A stretch of 64,000 nucleotides of DNA from the NCBI GenBank assembly GCA_012295275.1, contig CM022679.1, forward strand, positions 15,686,001 to 15,750,000, given 5' to 3'. Positions 1-25,919 of this stretch are shown one piece after another. Under the pieces are notes generated by a model, which searched no databases, was not told where the DNA came from, and saw nothing but the letters and a program-made list of their open reading frames with translations. Position numbers and translations under genes: made by a program. This DNA comes from Chrysomallon squamiferum. Taxonomy: Eukaryota; Animalia; Mollusca. The stretch's first letter is position 1, and every line of letters begins with the position of its first letter.

Positions 1-1499
1 ATTGTTATTATTATTACTGTTGTCATCGTTAATATTGTTATCGTCGTTGTTATTGGATTTAGTGAAAAAGACGAAGGAAGAAGGTTAAACAATAATAATT
101 AAAAAAGAACCAATTAATTAACCAGTTAACCAAGTAAATAAGTAAGCAAATAGCACAAAATTATATATATATATATATATCAAATTTAAAATGTTCTTTA
201 CGTTCATGTCCACATTATCAAAATATAAAAACTGAAACCTGAAATTAATTATAATTAATTTATTATTAAAATAAGTTTGAACTCAATTCTATCTCAATAA
301 GTAAACTTTCACTGAGATTATTGTTCAGTAAATGTTTTGAATAACAAATTTAGCAAGCTGTGTGTGTGTATGAGGATGTGTAAGCGTACATATAGGACTA
401 CAGTCAAACTTCGATAATTCAAAACTCAAGAGGTCGGCAAAAAAATAGAGTTTTCAGAGCGTTTGAATTTTATTGTAAATGTATGTTTATCAGTGTTTCA
501 GAATGTAAAGTGTTAGAACGAATATGTATACGTATTTGTCTGTGAATGTGGGTATCACTGTTTAGATGTCTGCATGTGTCTATGTGTATATGTGTGTGCA
601 CGTGTGCATTTTTGTGTGTGTGTGGATACGTGTTCAGTGATGACATGGCAGGCTAACAAAGTGAACGACACAGCAAGCTTGCCATGGGCTACACATGACG
701 AATATTGACGGATATGCTGTGGTCTCAAACCGGATTAAAAACACATTACTTTTCCTTGTTAATTATTTTTACTTAATCCACACATCGTTCAGATTAAGAC
801 ACCGGAATAGGGCTATTATATCCACTGCCAGAACTAATATGCGAACAAAATGATCGAGCTTTGGCGCTTTTCGTCAAATTGACCTCTTGTAATAGGCACT
901 TATTGTACAAAAGAACGTGTTTAATGCAAACATAACTACGGGCGAGGTCGGATTTGAAGTAACATCTGTTTTGGACGGGGGTAAAAACAACACAAATGAG
1001 ATTTTTTTTTATGAAAATGACAAGAAATGGAAATCTCCGTGAAGTGAAAAAAAACCGTAATCCATTTCATAATCATTTTGACCGGACCGTTATGTGGAAA
1101 TTGAGTCCGACAGCGGGACTTAGTGTAAGATGGCGCAAACAGCCAACAGTAAATCCACGACTCTCTTAGTACGATGTGTGTTTTTTATGAGGGATTAATG
1201 CTGCATTTTTTCACCAGATGAAGTGAAATTCGAAAGATCTTCGCCAGATGAGGCCGGATTCATTAATAATAATTGGAAGTGAAATTTTGGTCTCTTCTCG
1301 TGGTAGAAGGAAATGGGCGCAGTGGAAACGAAGACGCGTTACGATATTGCGAGTGACAAGTGTTTTTCTCGTCTTCGTAAAGAAAAACTCTTTTAAGAAC
1401 GCATAGAACTTACACTGAATTATGAGTGTGCATATTTACAGATGGTAATTAAACAAAAACAAAATTTATGTAGACATTATAACTAAAAAAGTTTGCGTG

Positions 1500-1663
<164 letters not shown>

Positions 1664-1991
1664 TGTGTATGGAAGCTCTGACAAATATTATTAATATTAT
1701 CTAAAAAAGAGTTTGGATCTGAAAAATGAAAATTTATTTCTAAATGATATAAGAATCATTTACTGAATTATGTAAAATATTTAAACTTATTTTGCAGTAC
1801 AGTTTTGACAATCACTTGTTTCCCATCTATACTGCTCGTACTGAAAAATAATAAAACCGAAAAGCAGTAAATGTTCAGTGCACTGGCAAGATTTACGTGA
1901 ATGGATTTTACTGTGCTGGGTTTTTTTTTATTCCATTCTTATTTTTTTAAATTTAAAAAAAAAAAAACATTTTTATTGTTTGCTTGTGTGT

Positions 1992-2026
<35 letters not shown>

Positions 2027-3089
2027 TTTCTACAGAAGTTCAGTTTTACTGCCTTTTGATATCGGAGTCAGATTTCTGTTTGTGTTGGTGTTAAGTTACA
2101 AAGAATTGTTTTTCTTCTGGTTTTCACTTTTCTCGTTTTACTTCTCGATAGGTGTTACTAGTATCATTTTTTTTTAATGTTTCTTTAAAATGTTTTACAT
2201 TCAAAATGGTTCATGATACAAAACATATATTTAAAATCTGTGTTGACTGAGAAAACCATATTATTGTTACTGAATACATTTTTTTTTATATATATATTAG
2301 ACATTTTTTTATATTTCAGTATGTATAATGTCTACAGTATTTTCACGGTAATTATGATAGCTACGATGTTTTTGATAATAATGATAATGATGATATATGT
2401 ATTTTTTATAACTAAATATATTAGTTTTTAAAACACCATGATTCTTAATTTAATGCATACTATAAATTTTTATTTATTTATTATCATTTTACAAAAAATT
2501 TATTTATTTATTTATTTATTTATTTATCCATTACTACTACAATTACTATTACTTCTATTACTACCACTACTACTAATACCACTACCAATACCACTACTAC
2601 TACTACTACTACTACAACTACTACTACTACTGCTGCTACTACTACTACTACTGCTACTACTACTTCTACTGCTAATACTGTTACTACAGCAACTGCATCT
2701 ACTAGTGTCATTTAACACTGCTAGTACGACATCCACATTTACCGCCACCACTACTAACGTGACAACAACGTTACCAAATCTAAATATCTACAAAACGTTG
2801 TTAAGTCTTCAACTGCATTTCCCGATCTAAAAGCGGAGTAGGTCATCAGTTACTGAAAAGGCCCACTTGACTATCAATGTCATTTGATCTGATTTGGCTA
2901 TGCATGTACCGTGAAAGTCTTTTGAAAATGTCGCCTCAAGCAAATGCAGTTTAAGTATGTGGTTATTTCTTTGTTGTATTGGCGTCACTATGTACAAACC
3001 TATACATCGAATAGGCAAATGAAAAGAGAGAGAAAAAGCCAGAGTCAAGTAGAGAATAGAGAGCCAGAGATAAAGAAAGTGTGTGTGTG

Positions 3090-3245
<156 letters not shown>

Positions 3246-4263
3246 CAAAAAGTTTTTAAAAAGTTTTAACATAAAAAGTTCGCAACAGCCAAGAAATTTA
3301 TTATCGCCTAAAATAAACAATATATTATGAAGTTTATGAAATGTAAAATTAAGTACACTAGTATAGGGAAATAGTTAAAAAGAAATTTCTTCTTACTGAG
3401 TTTATATATCACTGGTTGTTTGATTAGACTTTCTTTTTATTTTGGAATGTTTATAAATGAGTGAAAGTCATCTTAAAATGAACGCATAAGACTGAGCCTT
3501 CCAAAAATTGCTCATCTGTTGTTTTTCCTGTCCAGTATTGCATCACACGATAATATATTTTTGGCTTTCATGCTTAACGATGCATTACGCGATAACACAG
3601 AAAGCTTATGATTATATTTGTACTATTATAACATCTATTACCGCAAGGATTAGTGATAAAACTACTACTGTTGTTACTATCATTTATACTGTTATTACAA
3701 AAACATCCATTACTGGCTCTGAGCTATTATTAAACACGCTAGGATGCAGTATGTATGTAGAAGTAAATGTGAATGGTGTGTATATATTTATGCATGTATG
3801 TATGAATTTTCTCTTTGTGTTTGTGTATGTGTAAAAGTTTATGTTTGTATATAAATATATATTTCACTAAAAAGAACTCAGAGATATAGTAGTCTTCCAG
3901 CAAATCTTTTCTAAGTCTGTATACGCAGATATAGCTGTGTACTGTTTTCAGTTCGAATGTGACGATTTGCTTACAGCTTTTTATTCCTAAAGCTCACTGA
4001 ACTTAGCCTTTTGACGCAGCGTTGAACATATTGTCCATATCAGTTTCTTCAATCTTTCAGTATCAAACAATGAAATAAACTGCTACTGCTACAGCTCTTT
4101 CCGTTACCATTATTTTAATACTACTACTGCTACAATAGTCATTACATCTGTTGCTACTATTACTCCATTACTACGTAATCATTGCTATGTCCATATGTAT
4201 ATATATATATATGTGTGTGTATATATCATCAACAGTCAAGATTAATTTGGTTATCATGCAGTA

Positions 4264-4308
<45 letters not shown>

Positions 4309-4848
4309 ACTGCGTTTATTACAAAAATTTTGCATATAATTTTCCATACTGTTACGCATGTTAAAATGCCAGTACACTGTACGAAAATTAGTAACAATAT
4401 ACCAATACTTTAAATTGAGTCCTTGGATATTAATATTTTATCATTGATTGTGTATGAGTTTTCCTGACTATGGGAAGGTGCTTGTAAAAGATCTCTGTTT
4501 GCTATTCAATAAAGTTAACAAGGAAACAGAGTTCCTCTCTCGCGTCGTCATTATACAAAAAAAAAAAAAAAAACGTTAAGTTTGAAACCAAATCATTGTT
4601 AATACTGTCATGTTTTGAGATGTCGTTAAAAAAAATATTGATTCATTCGCTCATTATTTAATGTTTATATCATGATATATACCAAAAGTAAGATATTCTT
4701 AAAGTCGATATGTTGAATGCTGGTGCCTCGTTATTTGAATGTCATAGAATTAGAATATCATTATAAGAATGGCATGAACTTTGCTGTACTTCGAAAGAAA
4801 TAGATGAATTTGACAGAGCAATAATTATTTTGTATATACAGTAGCTTC

Positions 4849-4894
<46 letters not shown>

Positions 4895-5189
4895 TTATTA
4901 CGTGCATGAATATACATCTGCATGATTATATGTACGTGTATTAATATTTCCAAATTTTCATATTTTAATTATGAAAAGATTGACTTATACGCCTAAAGAC
5001 TGGAAGATCACTTTATAATATTATTACCGCGTATTTACTATGTGTTTGTGTATATATGTATTGTTTGAATGTGTGTGTATTTATTTATGTATTTGTATAT
5101 GTTTGTCTTCCATGCCCAAACAGCAGTTAATTAAAACCAACGTTAAAGGAAAATCAATTTAAAAATCACATAATTAAAGAAAGAAAACA

Positions 5190-6920
5190 AAGACGTGAAT
5201 ACAGAGTATAATCGTAATTTATTTCAACTTTCATCTCTACAAAACAGCTACATTTTCATACTGTTGTTATTATTATTAATTTCTTTTTTGTTTTTGTTCA
5301 CTTATTGAGCCTGTACAAACCTAATGTGTTACAGTACCGCTTGTCTTTTTAAGGGACACAGAAATTGCGATTTGCGAAGAACTGCAAATATAGCACTTTT
5401 TATATTATTAACACAAACACACAAACATGATTTCTTCGCTTTGTGCCTTATCTTTAAATTTACAGTGGAGCGTTATCCATGTTTCATATCCATTTCTGCA
5501 ATTCTAATAATTTTTTTTTTTTTCCCAAAAATCTCAACATAAAAAAAAATCTCACCATAAAACCCAACATAATTTATAGATTATTATTTCTTAAATTCAA
5601 AGATATGCGTACCTCTGAGATCAGACTTTACACAAAAAAAAGAGAGGAATATTTATGAAATGAGCATATGAATAAGAAAGAAGTCATTCATCATTTTATT
5701 CGTTCACGCTTTCTTTCGTTCGTATTAAGAAAAAAATAGCATATTAAATAAATAAATAAATAAATATAAAAGAAAATATTTAAAAGAATTCTAAGAACAA
5801 ACATACAAAAAAAAAAAATCTTAAAAGTTTTTGCATTGTTCTGTTTAAGTTATTTTAGTGAATACTATCAATTTAAGGAATAAAGTTAAAATATAGAATA
5901 AATAAATTGACATGATTAGTAATTAAAACAGAATAAAAAAATTAAAATGTTTCATCTTAGTGAATTTTCTCAACCTAGACATATTTAAACGCAAAATTGA
6001 TGCACATGATAATCGCATCTGAGTCGGTTAATAAGCTGTACACACAAAACACACCGCACATACACATATAAATGCACGCACAACACAAACCCACAGTGAC
6101 GCACACATACGCATATAATTATAACAGAGGCTGCCATAAATAAATATTTGGCTGCCCTAAAAGTGATTTTGAAAATTTTGTGTCATACACTGTTTTACTG
6201 TAAATTAAAAAAAAAATAAAAAATAAAAATAAGACATATATATTTACTGATTTTCAAATCAAGTACTCAGTAATTATTTAGAATGAAGTGCTTACGGTTT
6301 ATATTATTAATTATTAACAAAAATAAACTGGATCAAAATACAGGATAAAAAAAGAAAACAAATAGAAATACAGTTTAAGAAAATAAAATAAAAATAATTT
6401 AAAAAAATAATAATAAAAAATTAACTTGTATAAACAATAGGACGCTAATCAAAAGAATGTGTTAAAAAAATTTTAATTTCATGTTTTTAAAACTGAATTG
6501 ATAAATTAGGAAATTAGGTGTACTGAGTTAATGATTAAACAAACGAAATTTCCCACTTTTAAATGTACATACTATTAAAAATCAAATATTTTTCAGTAAC
6601 TAATTTATTAAGTGTTTGGTTTTGTACTGTACTATTTTTAATGTAACTGTTTACTACTTTTAACCTGTTACCATGAATTGCATTTCTTATATCAGAATGC
6701 ATTTTGTATAATTATTTCTGTACATTTAATTAGATATATTTATTAATTTCATTGCAAATTCCATAATATTGTCCTTGAATTATAAGAATAATCATACTTG
6801 TGATTATAAAAGAAAATAAACTTAATAATAATACAGTTAAATAAATAAAAACAAACACCTTTTACCACAAAATAATTGTAATTGTATTTATGAAGATAGA
6901 TAGGACATTCGGTATGATTT

Positions 6921-6967
<47 letters not shown>

Positions 6968-8280
6968 TCTATTTAATTACTTGTTTATTAATGTATTTAC
7001 ACTCGATAGAAAATAACTAAAAGTAAATTCCTTACATAGAAAATAAATTATTTCCTTCAATAAAACGAATCTTTTCCTCCTGTGTAAAATTCATTTTACT
7101 TATCCCTATGTCCACTAAATTTGTACAGCTTGATATTTATTAAACTTTATCACACATTTGATGTTTAAATCATACTTTTATTTCATATTCATTTTCTTTA
7201 TAAACGTGAGGTCCCTTCAATGGATTTGGCACACTCCATCAACGATTTGTACAATATATCTAATTTTAGATTCTACAAATACATGAAACTGTTAATTTGA
7301 CAGACAATAAAACCATGGAAATACAGTAAATAACGCACTCCCTTACCAGCGAAGCGTGGAAGAGAGGCTAACTTCCTCGTGTGACGTCATCATGACACAT
7401 ATATCAACGAGGCAAGTTCAGCACATTTATATATTTCTAATGTTAAAGTTTTATTTAAATAGTTATTATTATTATTATTTTATTTTGTTTAAATGTTTTT
7501 CGAAATGTCTTTTCAAAATGTCCTCTTTCTGTGTTTTTTATTTCTTCGTTCTTTGATCTGTGACGATGAGGTAGCCAGGCAACTGCTGCCAGGAGGCTGG
7601 GAAGCAGGTTGCGTTCTTTTTTGCACATCTTGTGGGACTTCGTCAACCAAACCTGGTTTGTGAACGCCATTTAGCACTACGTGGTAATCTTCGGCTTCAG
7701 TTCATTTTATTCTTGAAACCAGTTTTTGTTCATCAAACCAGTTTCTGTTTTCGCTACCAGTTTCGGTTTCTTTCTCTTTATTTTGTTTTGAAAAAATGTT
7801 CCGTTGCCATGTAAATGTTCCTGCCAGACTTAAGACTCGGTTTTCACTTTTGGAACATAGACTTTAGAACTTTTTAAATGTCTGCAGTTGATGAAAAAAA
7901 TCCAGTTGAAGAAAAAAGAATAAAAATAAAACTACATTTTGATTCGTGAGTTGGTCGTCAATGAGACACACAATAGTTTTCATACAACATAGGCTAATTA
8001 GTTTTTCACACGTGTAAAGTCAACGCCAACAAGTTTCGGTTGTTTTGGTTCAACCCAGCGCTGAATGTCGTGTAAACTGTCGCCCAGAATAAAACTTCCC
8101 TGATTCAATCATTTTACAACACCAGCCTGCCAGAAACAGTATTCACAAGGCAGGACTTACATCACTGGCAATTTAAAAACAAACAAAAATTTCAAAATCC
8201 ATTTAAAAAAAAATCTTTATGCCCATTTCATTCCTCATCTTCGGCGATGAATTTATATATAACCCACTTACACTGGGTTT
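5190..8280 (-). other. Pitx: Putative Pitx 3' UTR ending at a distal poly(A) site
   Basis: Minus-strand AATAAA at 5218-5223 is followed about 20-45 nt later by a GU/U-rich tract (CTCTGTATTCACGTCTTTGTTTTCTTT), with upstream UGUA elements. A more proximal AATAAA at 7177-7182 is an alternative end. Confidence 0.4.
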
Positions 8281-8829
8281 TCATACTGTTCCGCCATTCC
8301 CAACAGTTGCGTATTGACATGCAGAAAGCGTCGGCTGTCTCCCAGTCATTGAAGAATAACCAAAGGGCGATGATGCATGTTGTTTAGCTTTCAACCGCAA
8401 GGCGGCGATACTGTTAGTGCATGAATCCCGGTTGATGTAGTAGGGTGGGGCTGGCGGTGCGTAGGGACAAGGAGCTGTGGGCGAGTTCATGTTGGTGGGT
8501 ACGTTTGGTACGCTCCCCATCATCGAGGAGTTTATACTAGTGATATTATTGGGGGAAGACGAAAAGCCGAGGGGTTGTGTAGACACTACGGAAGACAGGT
8601 GGGGATTAACGGGTGGATTCATGTTCATGTTGAGTCCCCAGGGGAAAGTCTTCGTGCCTAGAGGAGAGGGCACCTTGGTGGCCCAGTTGTTGTAGGAATA
8701 CCCCGTGTAAAGTCCGTCATCGAACGGTGGCTGCATCAAGCCAGTGAACTGAGTTCCAAAGCCGTTTTTGAAAGTGTCCATGTTCCGTTCTCGTTTCCTC
8801 CATTTGGCTCGCCTGTTCTTAAACCATAC
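8281..8829 (-). CDS. Pitx: Pitx coding exon 3 (homeodomain helix 3 with K50, Pitx C-terminal motifs, OAR domain, stop)
   Basis: Acceptor ttattttacag|GTA TGG TTT AAG. Encodes VWFKNRRAKWRKRERN, FKNGFGTQFTGLMQPPFDD, YSYNNWA, CPYAPP, the OAR motif NSIAALRLKAKQH (~8374-8418) and LSACQY. Length is 549 nt, ending in TGA. Confidence 0.97.
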   Translation of the reverse strand, partial: VWFKNRRAKWRKRERNMDTFKNGFGTQFTGLMQPPFDDGLYTGYSYNNWATKVPSPLGTKTFPWGLNMNMNPPVNPHLSSVVSTQPLGFSSSPNNITSINSSMMGSVPNVPTNMNSPTAPCPYAPPAPPYYINRDSCTNSIAALRLKAKQHASSPFGYSSMTGRQPTLSACQYATVGNGGTV

Positions 8830-20335
<11,506 letters not shown>

Positions 20336-20777
20336 TTAAGTTGAAGAAATAAAATAAAATAAAATAAAATAAAATAAAATAAAATAAAATAAAATAATTA
20401 AATAAATAAACAAATAAATAAATAAATCACCAAAAATTAAATAATATAAGTAAATAAATAAATGACCAAAAATTAAAAAAAGTATAAGTAAATAAAATCC
20501 ATATACTTAGTAAGAAAGTAGACAATTCAAAAATAAAACAAAGTGAAGTCCAGTAGAGTAAGAAATAACCAAACTAATGTGATAAAATAGTTACTGTAAG
20601 CCAGTTATTTAGATTTCTGCCAAACCATAAAAACTCTTTTGCTTTTCAAAGTTGGCTAGTAAATTTCAGAAATAACATTATTACTGCAGAAGGAAAAAAA
20701 AAACTTTAATTTTATTCTTTTTTGTAAACTTTTTTTTTAATAAATGTTTTTACAAATTTCTCATTAATTTCGATAAT

Positions 20778-20877
<100 letters not shown>

Positions 20878-22318
20878 TATTATTTAAGTGAAGGTAAAAC
20901 ATGTTTGTTTTTTACGGAAATGACGGTCGTAATCAATAAAATTAATGATAAATGACCAGATGTTGTTTAATTGCCCAAAATGTACATGAGCCCGAAGGCT
21001 GGAGTGTAAACGTGTATTATTTATGTATATGTTTATGTATTTATATATTTTTGTACCGTTTATATATATTTATATTTAAATTAAATGTAAAAACAACGTA
21101 ATGCATTTATAATCACACATCAAAGAGAAAACAAACATAATTATTTTCTAGAAACAAGGCAATATATTTAAATTAATATTCTTATCCCACCAATGTAATT
21201 AAAAGAGAGATTAATTGTCAATGGCATAGGGATAGAAATATTTTATATTATGAACACTTAAATTAAAAAAAAGAATGATAAAAAATGAAGGTAGGAAGGA
21301 AAGAAATATTTTAACAAGCCACGACTGAATTTATCGGAGTCCATGATGTCAACAGCGAACCCCCCTCGAACACAGAAATTAGCGACATCTTTTCTTTTCA
21401 AATGAATGTCGCACGAACGATTCGCTCCAGATCTTTTTTTTTTTCTTTTTTTCCCCGCGCAGTTTTAAATTGAACAGAGTAACGACTCCAATATTTATTC
21501 TGCAGTTAATACATCACTTCGTGTTTCGGCTGTTGATGTTATTTACAAAGACGCTTTTACGAGACATAATCAAGTTTAGCGGCTCTGTCAAATGTCTATG
21601 GAACATGGGTGACCCCCGCACGGACACTTTCCTCCACCCTATTACACGTGCTTAGCGCTAGCAAAAGGGCTTCACCAGAGTCGGCAATAAACACGTGTCG
21701 GTGCTGGGAGTCAATACGAGGTGCTACTGTGTGTTTACCTGTTCATATATTTGATCCGCAGATTATTGGTGAGCGGCTTCTTAAGATAATAGCAAAACAC
21801 ACACAAATAGTCATGGCGTTTTGTGTTGAGTAGCCTAATTTTGTTTGTATAGAAACTAATACTTCTATAGTTGAGATAGCTTTTGTTGTTACAGTTTAAG
21901 ATAGAGTTACAACTTAACTGTGGCTATCCTTGCAGTTTGCCCGTCCCCAAAAGAAAAACGAAGAAAAGGAAAACGATTTTTTTTTTTTTTTTTTTTAATC
22001 GTTCCTGTTTCTCGATAATGCTGCTGTAGTAGTGTCGATTGTTGTAACCGTAATACAATAACCAGAGTAATATAAAACAATTCAGCTTACGTAAACTATA
22101 TTATTGTTAACATCATAACTCTCAGTATCATATTATTACTACTATGTGATTATTACTACTGTTATTACTACTACTATCACTACTACTGCCAGTACTACTA
22201 TTTTGTTACTTTTACTATTATTACTACTACATTACTACTATTAGTACTAGTGTTACAACTACTTCTCTTACGAACACAACCTCATGTTAAACAATTTCAA
22301 TATTACACTTTTCGCAAC

Positions 22319-22391
<73 letters not shown>

Positions 22392-22913
22392 GTTACATTT
22401 ATTTATATACATATATAATAATAAATGACAGAGTTTATATTACAACATCGTTTAGTTTTATATATTATATATATTTATATATTTAACTAAAACCATTAGT
22501 TACTATATATAATATAAGTATCAACTTTCTAATGTTTATCATCTTTAATATATATTTTAAAATAAAAAATCCTAGAAAACCAAAAGTAAACTGAAACTCT
22601 TAAATTTACAAACTGGGATAGAGAAATATGAAACATTTTTATTTAAATTTATTTTATTTTATTTTATATTGTTTTGTTTTGTTTTGTTTTGTTTTGTTTT
22701 ATTTTGTTTTATTTTATTTTATTTCTGTTAGTATTCAGACATTTATAAAAAAAAAAAGGATTTCAAATAATATATTCAGAAATAAATATTCTTCTTTTTA
22801 GTTTCTTCTCAGTGTTTTAATTAATGAAAATAAAAACACTTCAGGTTTCACCTGGCACGAAATTTACTTTGTCAGTCAGTTTCTCTGATGTCTAAACGCT
22901 CTTCTTCAAACCT

Positions 22914-22954
<41 letters not shown>

Positions 22955-23552
22955 CCTTTCAGTCGCTGTGTTTTTAACAAAACAGTTCATTTATTTCTCG
23001 AGTGTTAACCGCTATTAATAAAAATCAGTGTGTTTTCTCAGAAAACAAAAACCTCGGGTAAACGTTGAAATTTAACACCTAGTTTTTCCTGGAAATCAAA
23101 ACCCGAACTCGCTTCTCTGACTGTATTCACTGCCACTGATAAAATTACCCAATTAGCAAGTTTGTTCTTAACGGGCGTTTAATGAAGCATTTTCGGCGGG
23201 TTTGACTGAAAGTGAGGTTGTTTCCCAGTGTTTCTATTTCTTGTGTCCACCGCTCGAAGTGGCGGGGTAACCCACGTTTTACTTTCTAAACTAGCCGGCT
23301 TTTCTACCTGAAGCACTCGTGAAATTGGCTAATTGTGCTTCTAACACATAGCTGTCCTAGATAAAGCAACATTTTTAAAGTGAAATAACATTAACAGTCT
23401 TAATAAATAAAGCACACTGATAATAATAATAACAATAATAATAGTAAAAATAATGACGTATATAATGGTGATAATAAAGGTGATGATAATAAAAATAGAC
23501 CCATGGATGCATCACTTTTCTAAACATCATAATAATTATCACCGTAATCAAG

Positions 23553-23602
<50 letters not shown>

Positions 23603-24568
23603 CAAATTTACTAAAATATAGTAATTTTAGAAAGAAAAACTGTGGATTATGCTAAAATAACAGGAAAATATTTATCCCAAAAGACATTTTCAAGCGCGGA
23701 AAACATAAGCATGCGCCGAGATATGTGAAATAATATTTTGGTAGGTATATTTGTATCAATTAAGTATTTGTTTGTAAGTTTCAAATACCGTGGGTATTTT
23801 ATTTATTATGATAATTAAAATGTCAGTATAAAAGTAAGGAAGCTTGAATTTAAATATAATATCTATAAAAAAAAGAAAGAAAGAAATAATAAAAAATATA
23901 CTTATATTTAATAAATTCAGTAAAATATTAGCTATATGAAACTTACGAGTTAAACATAACTAAAACGTTTACAGTAAATAAAATAATCGTTCTAATAACA
24001 TTTCTCACAATACAAACTTTTAAATTGTTATAGCAAATACAAATAACCTGGTTTATTCCGACGCATTCTTTTAAATGATTGCTTTTGTACATTAAAAATC
24101 TTTAGAATAAACAAATCAAATGAAAGGAATAAACAGAATTATGTAAATACAAATCTTTGACTGTTTCTTACTCGGCTTCTGCTTTTTCTCTCTTCAGTGT
24201 CGATCAAGTTCTTGAGATGGTTCAATACAAAATCAATTTAGCACCATTTAATACGTGTGCTTGGACAGTTTGTGCTAAAACGGTCTAACGCGATCTCAAG
24301 TGGTCTAGCCGTCTATTTTATTTTTTATTTTCTTTGAAAACAAATATTTCTTTAGCATGTCATTGATATTTTCATGTTATAACGATGCAGCGGAAACCGT
24401 TGTATTAATTTGTGCATGTAATTATTATTGTTTGAGTCATAAAAGTCATGCATTCATTCATTTATTAAAGAAATCATTATACAATTATTTGAATTATTTG
24501 CATTATTTGTTTCTTTGTTTGATTGTTTTTGCTTGTTTGATTGCTTGTTTGCTTGCTTGTTTGTTTGT

Positions 24569-24615
<47 letters not shown>

Positions 24616-25919
24616 TGTATGTATGTATGTATGTGTCTGGACATCAAAGGCATCACATCACATATGACTAACGTTTGTTCTTGAAGTCAAAGCGAATACG
24701 GATATTGATTTACAAAACATTTACGAATCGTTTAAAATATTTATGAAAAATATCGCACGAGACGATGGTTTGCAAGAAGAATAAATAATGTAATTAAACA
24801 ATGCCTTTGATAAATTAGTAAAATAATAATAATGAATATGAAAAACGCGACATTGTTGGAACGTGAGATAACTTGTTACAGACAGCAGTTTCCTCCAGGT
24901 CAATACTAATTTGCTTCTGAAGTTTTTATATTTGTTTCTCCGTACAATGTTTTTTTCACAGTTAATATAATGAAATTATTAAAATTTATAAATATTTCAT
25001 GTCGTTTTCCGATATAAAACATGTATAATATTGTAAATAAAACAATGAGATATTGTGATAATGGGATATTATTTAATTTGGTTTAGTCATAAAAAAACGT
25101 AAGTACATTAAAATATATTAAATCTGAGATGATATATCTATATATAATTTGAAGAAAAAGTATTATAATATTGCAAAGTACAATTTAAAATTATAGTAAA
25201 CAATGAAATTCGGATGAAGATATATATAAATTCCTTCAAGTGACATTTAGTTTGAATAAGCTATGTGACGAGAATTAAATCTAAAATAATATTTAAAAAT
25301 GATTAATTTAGCAAAACGATGTAAATAACTTCAAGCATCAGGCGGACAGAAACACAAATTTACATTCAGAAGTTGGGGGTGTAGACTGTATTTCCTCCAG
25401 ACGGGGGACAAAAACAAAATGTGAGAAAATGTTCAAGGTAAAAACTCGGCTTTATCTTGAACTGTGTGTTTTACAGCCACATTCTAATCTTTGTAACTTC
25501 GCTGCCCTACGGAAAAGACTTTTGCTGTTCAACTCGGAGTGTTTAAAAATGGGTTTCGAGTTGATCCCAAAGATTAGAACCATGATGGCAGACAGCAATG
25601 TTTCTCTTTTCTCGAGGACAGTCGTCCAGTTAACATCGCTTTTCAGCCTTGAGACTGAACGAAACTGCCCGAAATCCGGACGCGAGTCCTCTTTTAAAAA
25701 CCGTGTCAAATTATAACTACTTTCCACATATCATTTCTTTATATCTTTGTTTGTTTGTTAAAATTTACCTTTGGCCTACTTTAGTAAAAGAATCTACTTT
25801 TTATCTTTAATCTTTTTAATTTTTAGGACATCAGTACATTTTTGTTTTGTTTTTACGAATCCTAGTAAATCACAGTTTTATATTTAGCTCTATTTAATCC
25901 GACTGTTTGCGCACCGCCA

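Noticed and set aside
4500-4575. Plus-strand AATAAA followed by an A16 run, suggesting a retroposed 3' end
   Set aside because: No TSD or recognisable element body, the spacing is long, and A-runs and AATAAA are ubiquitous in this DNA.
8477-8695. 72-aa plus-strand ORF
   Set aside because: It is the antisense shadow of Pitx exon 3.
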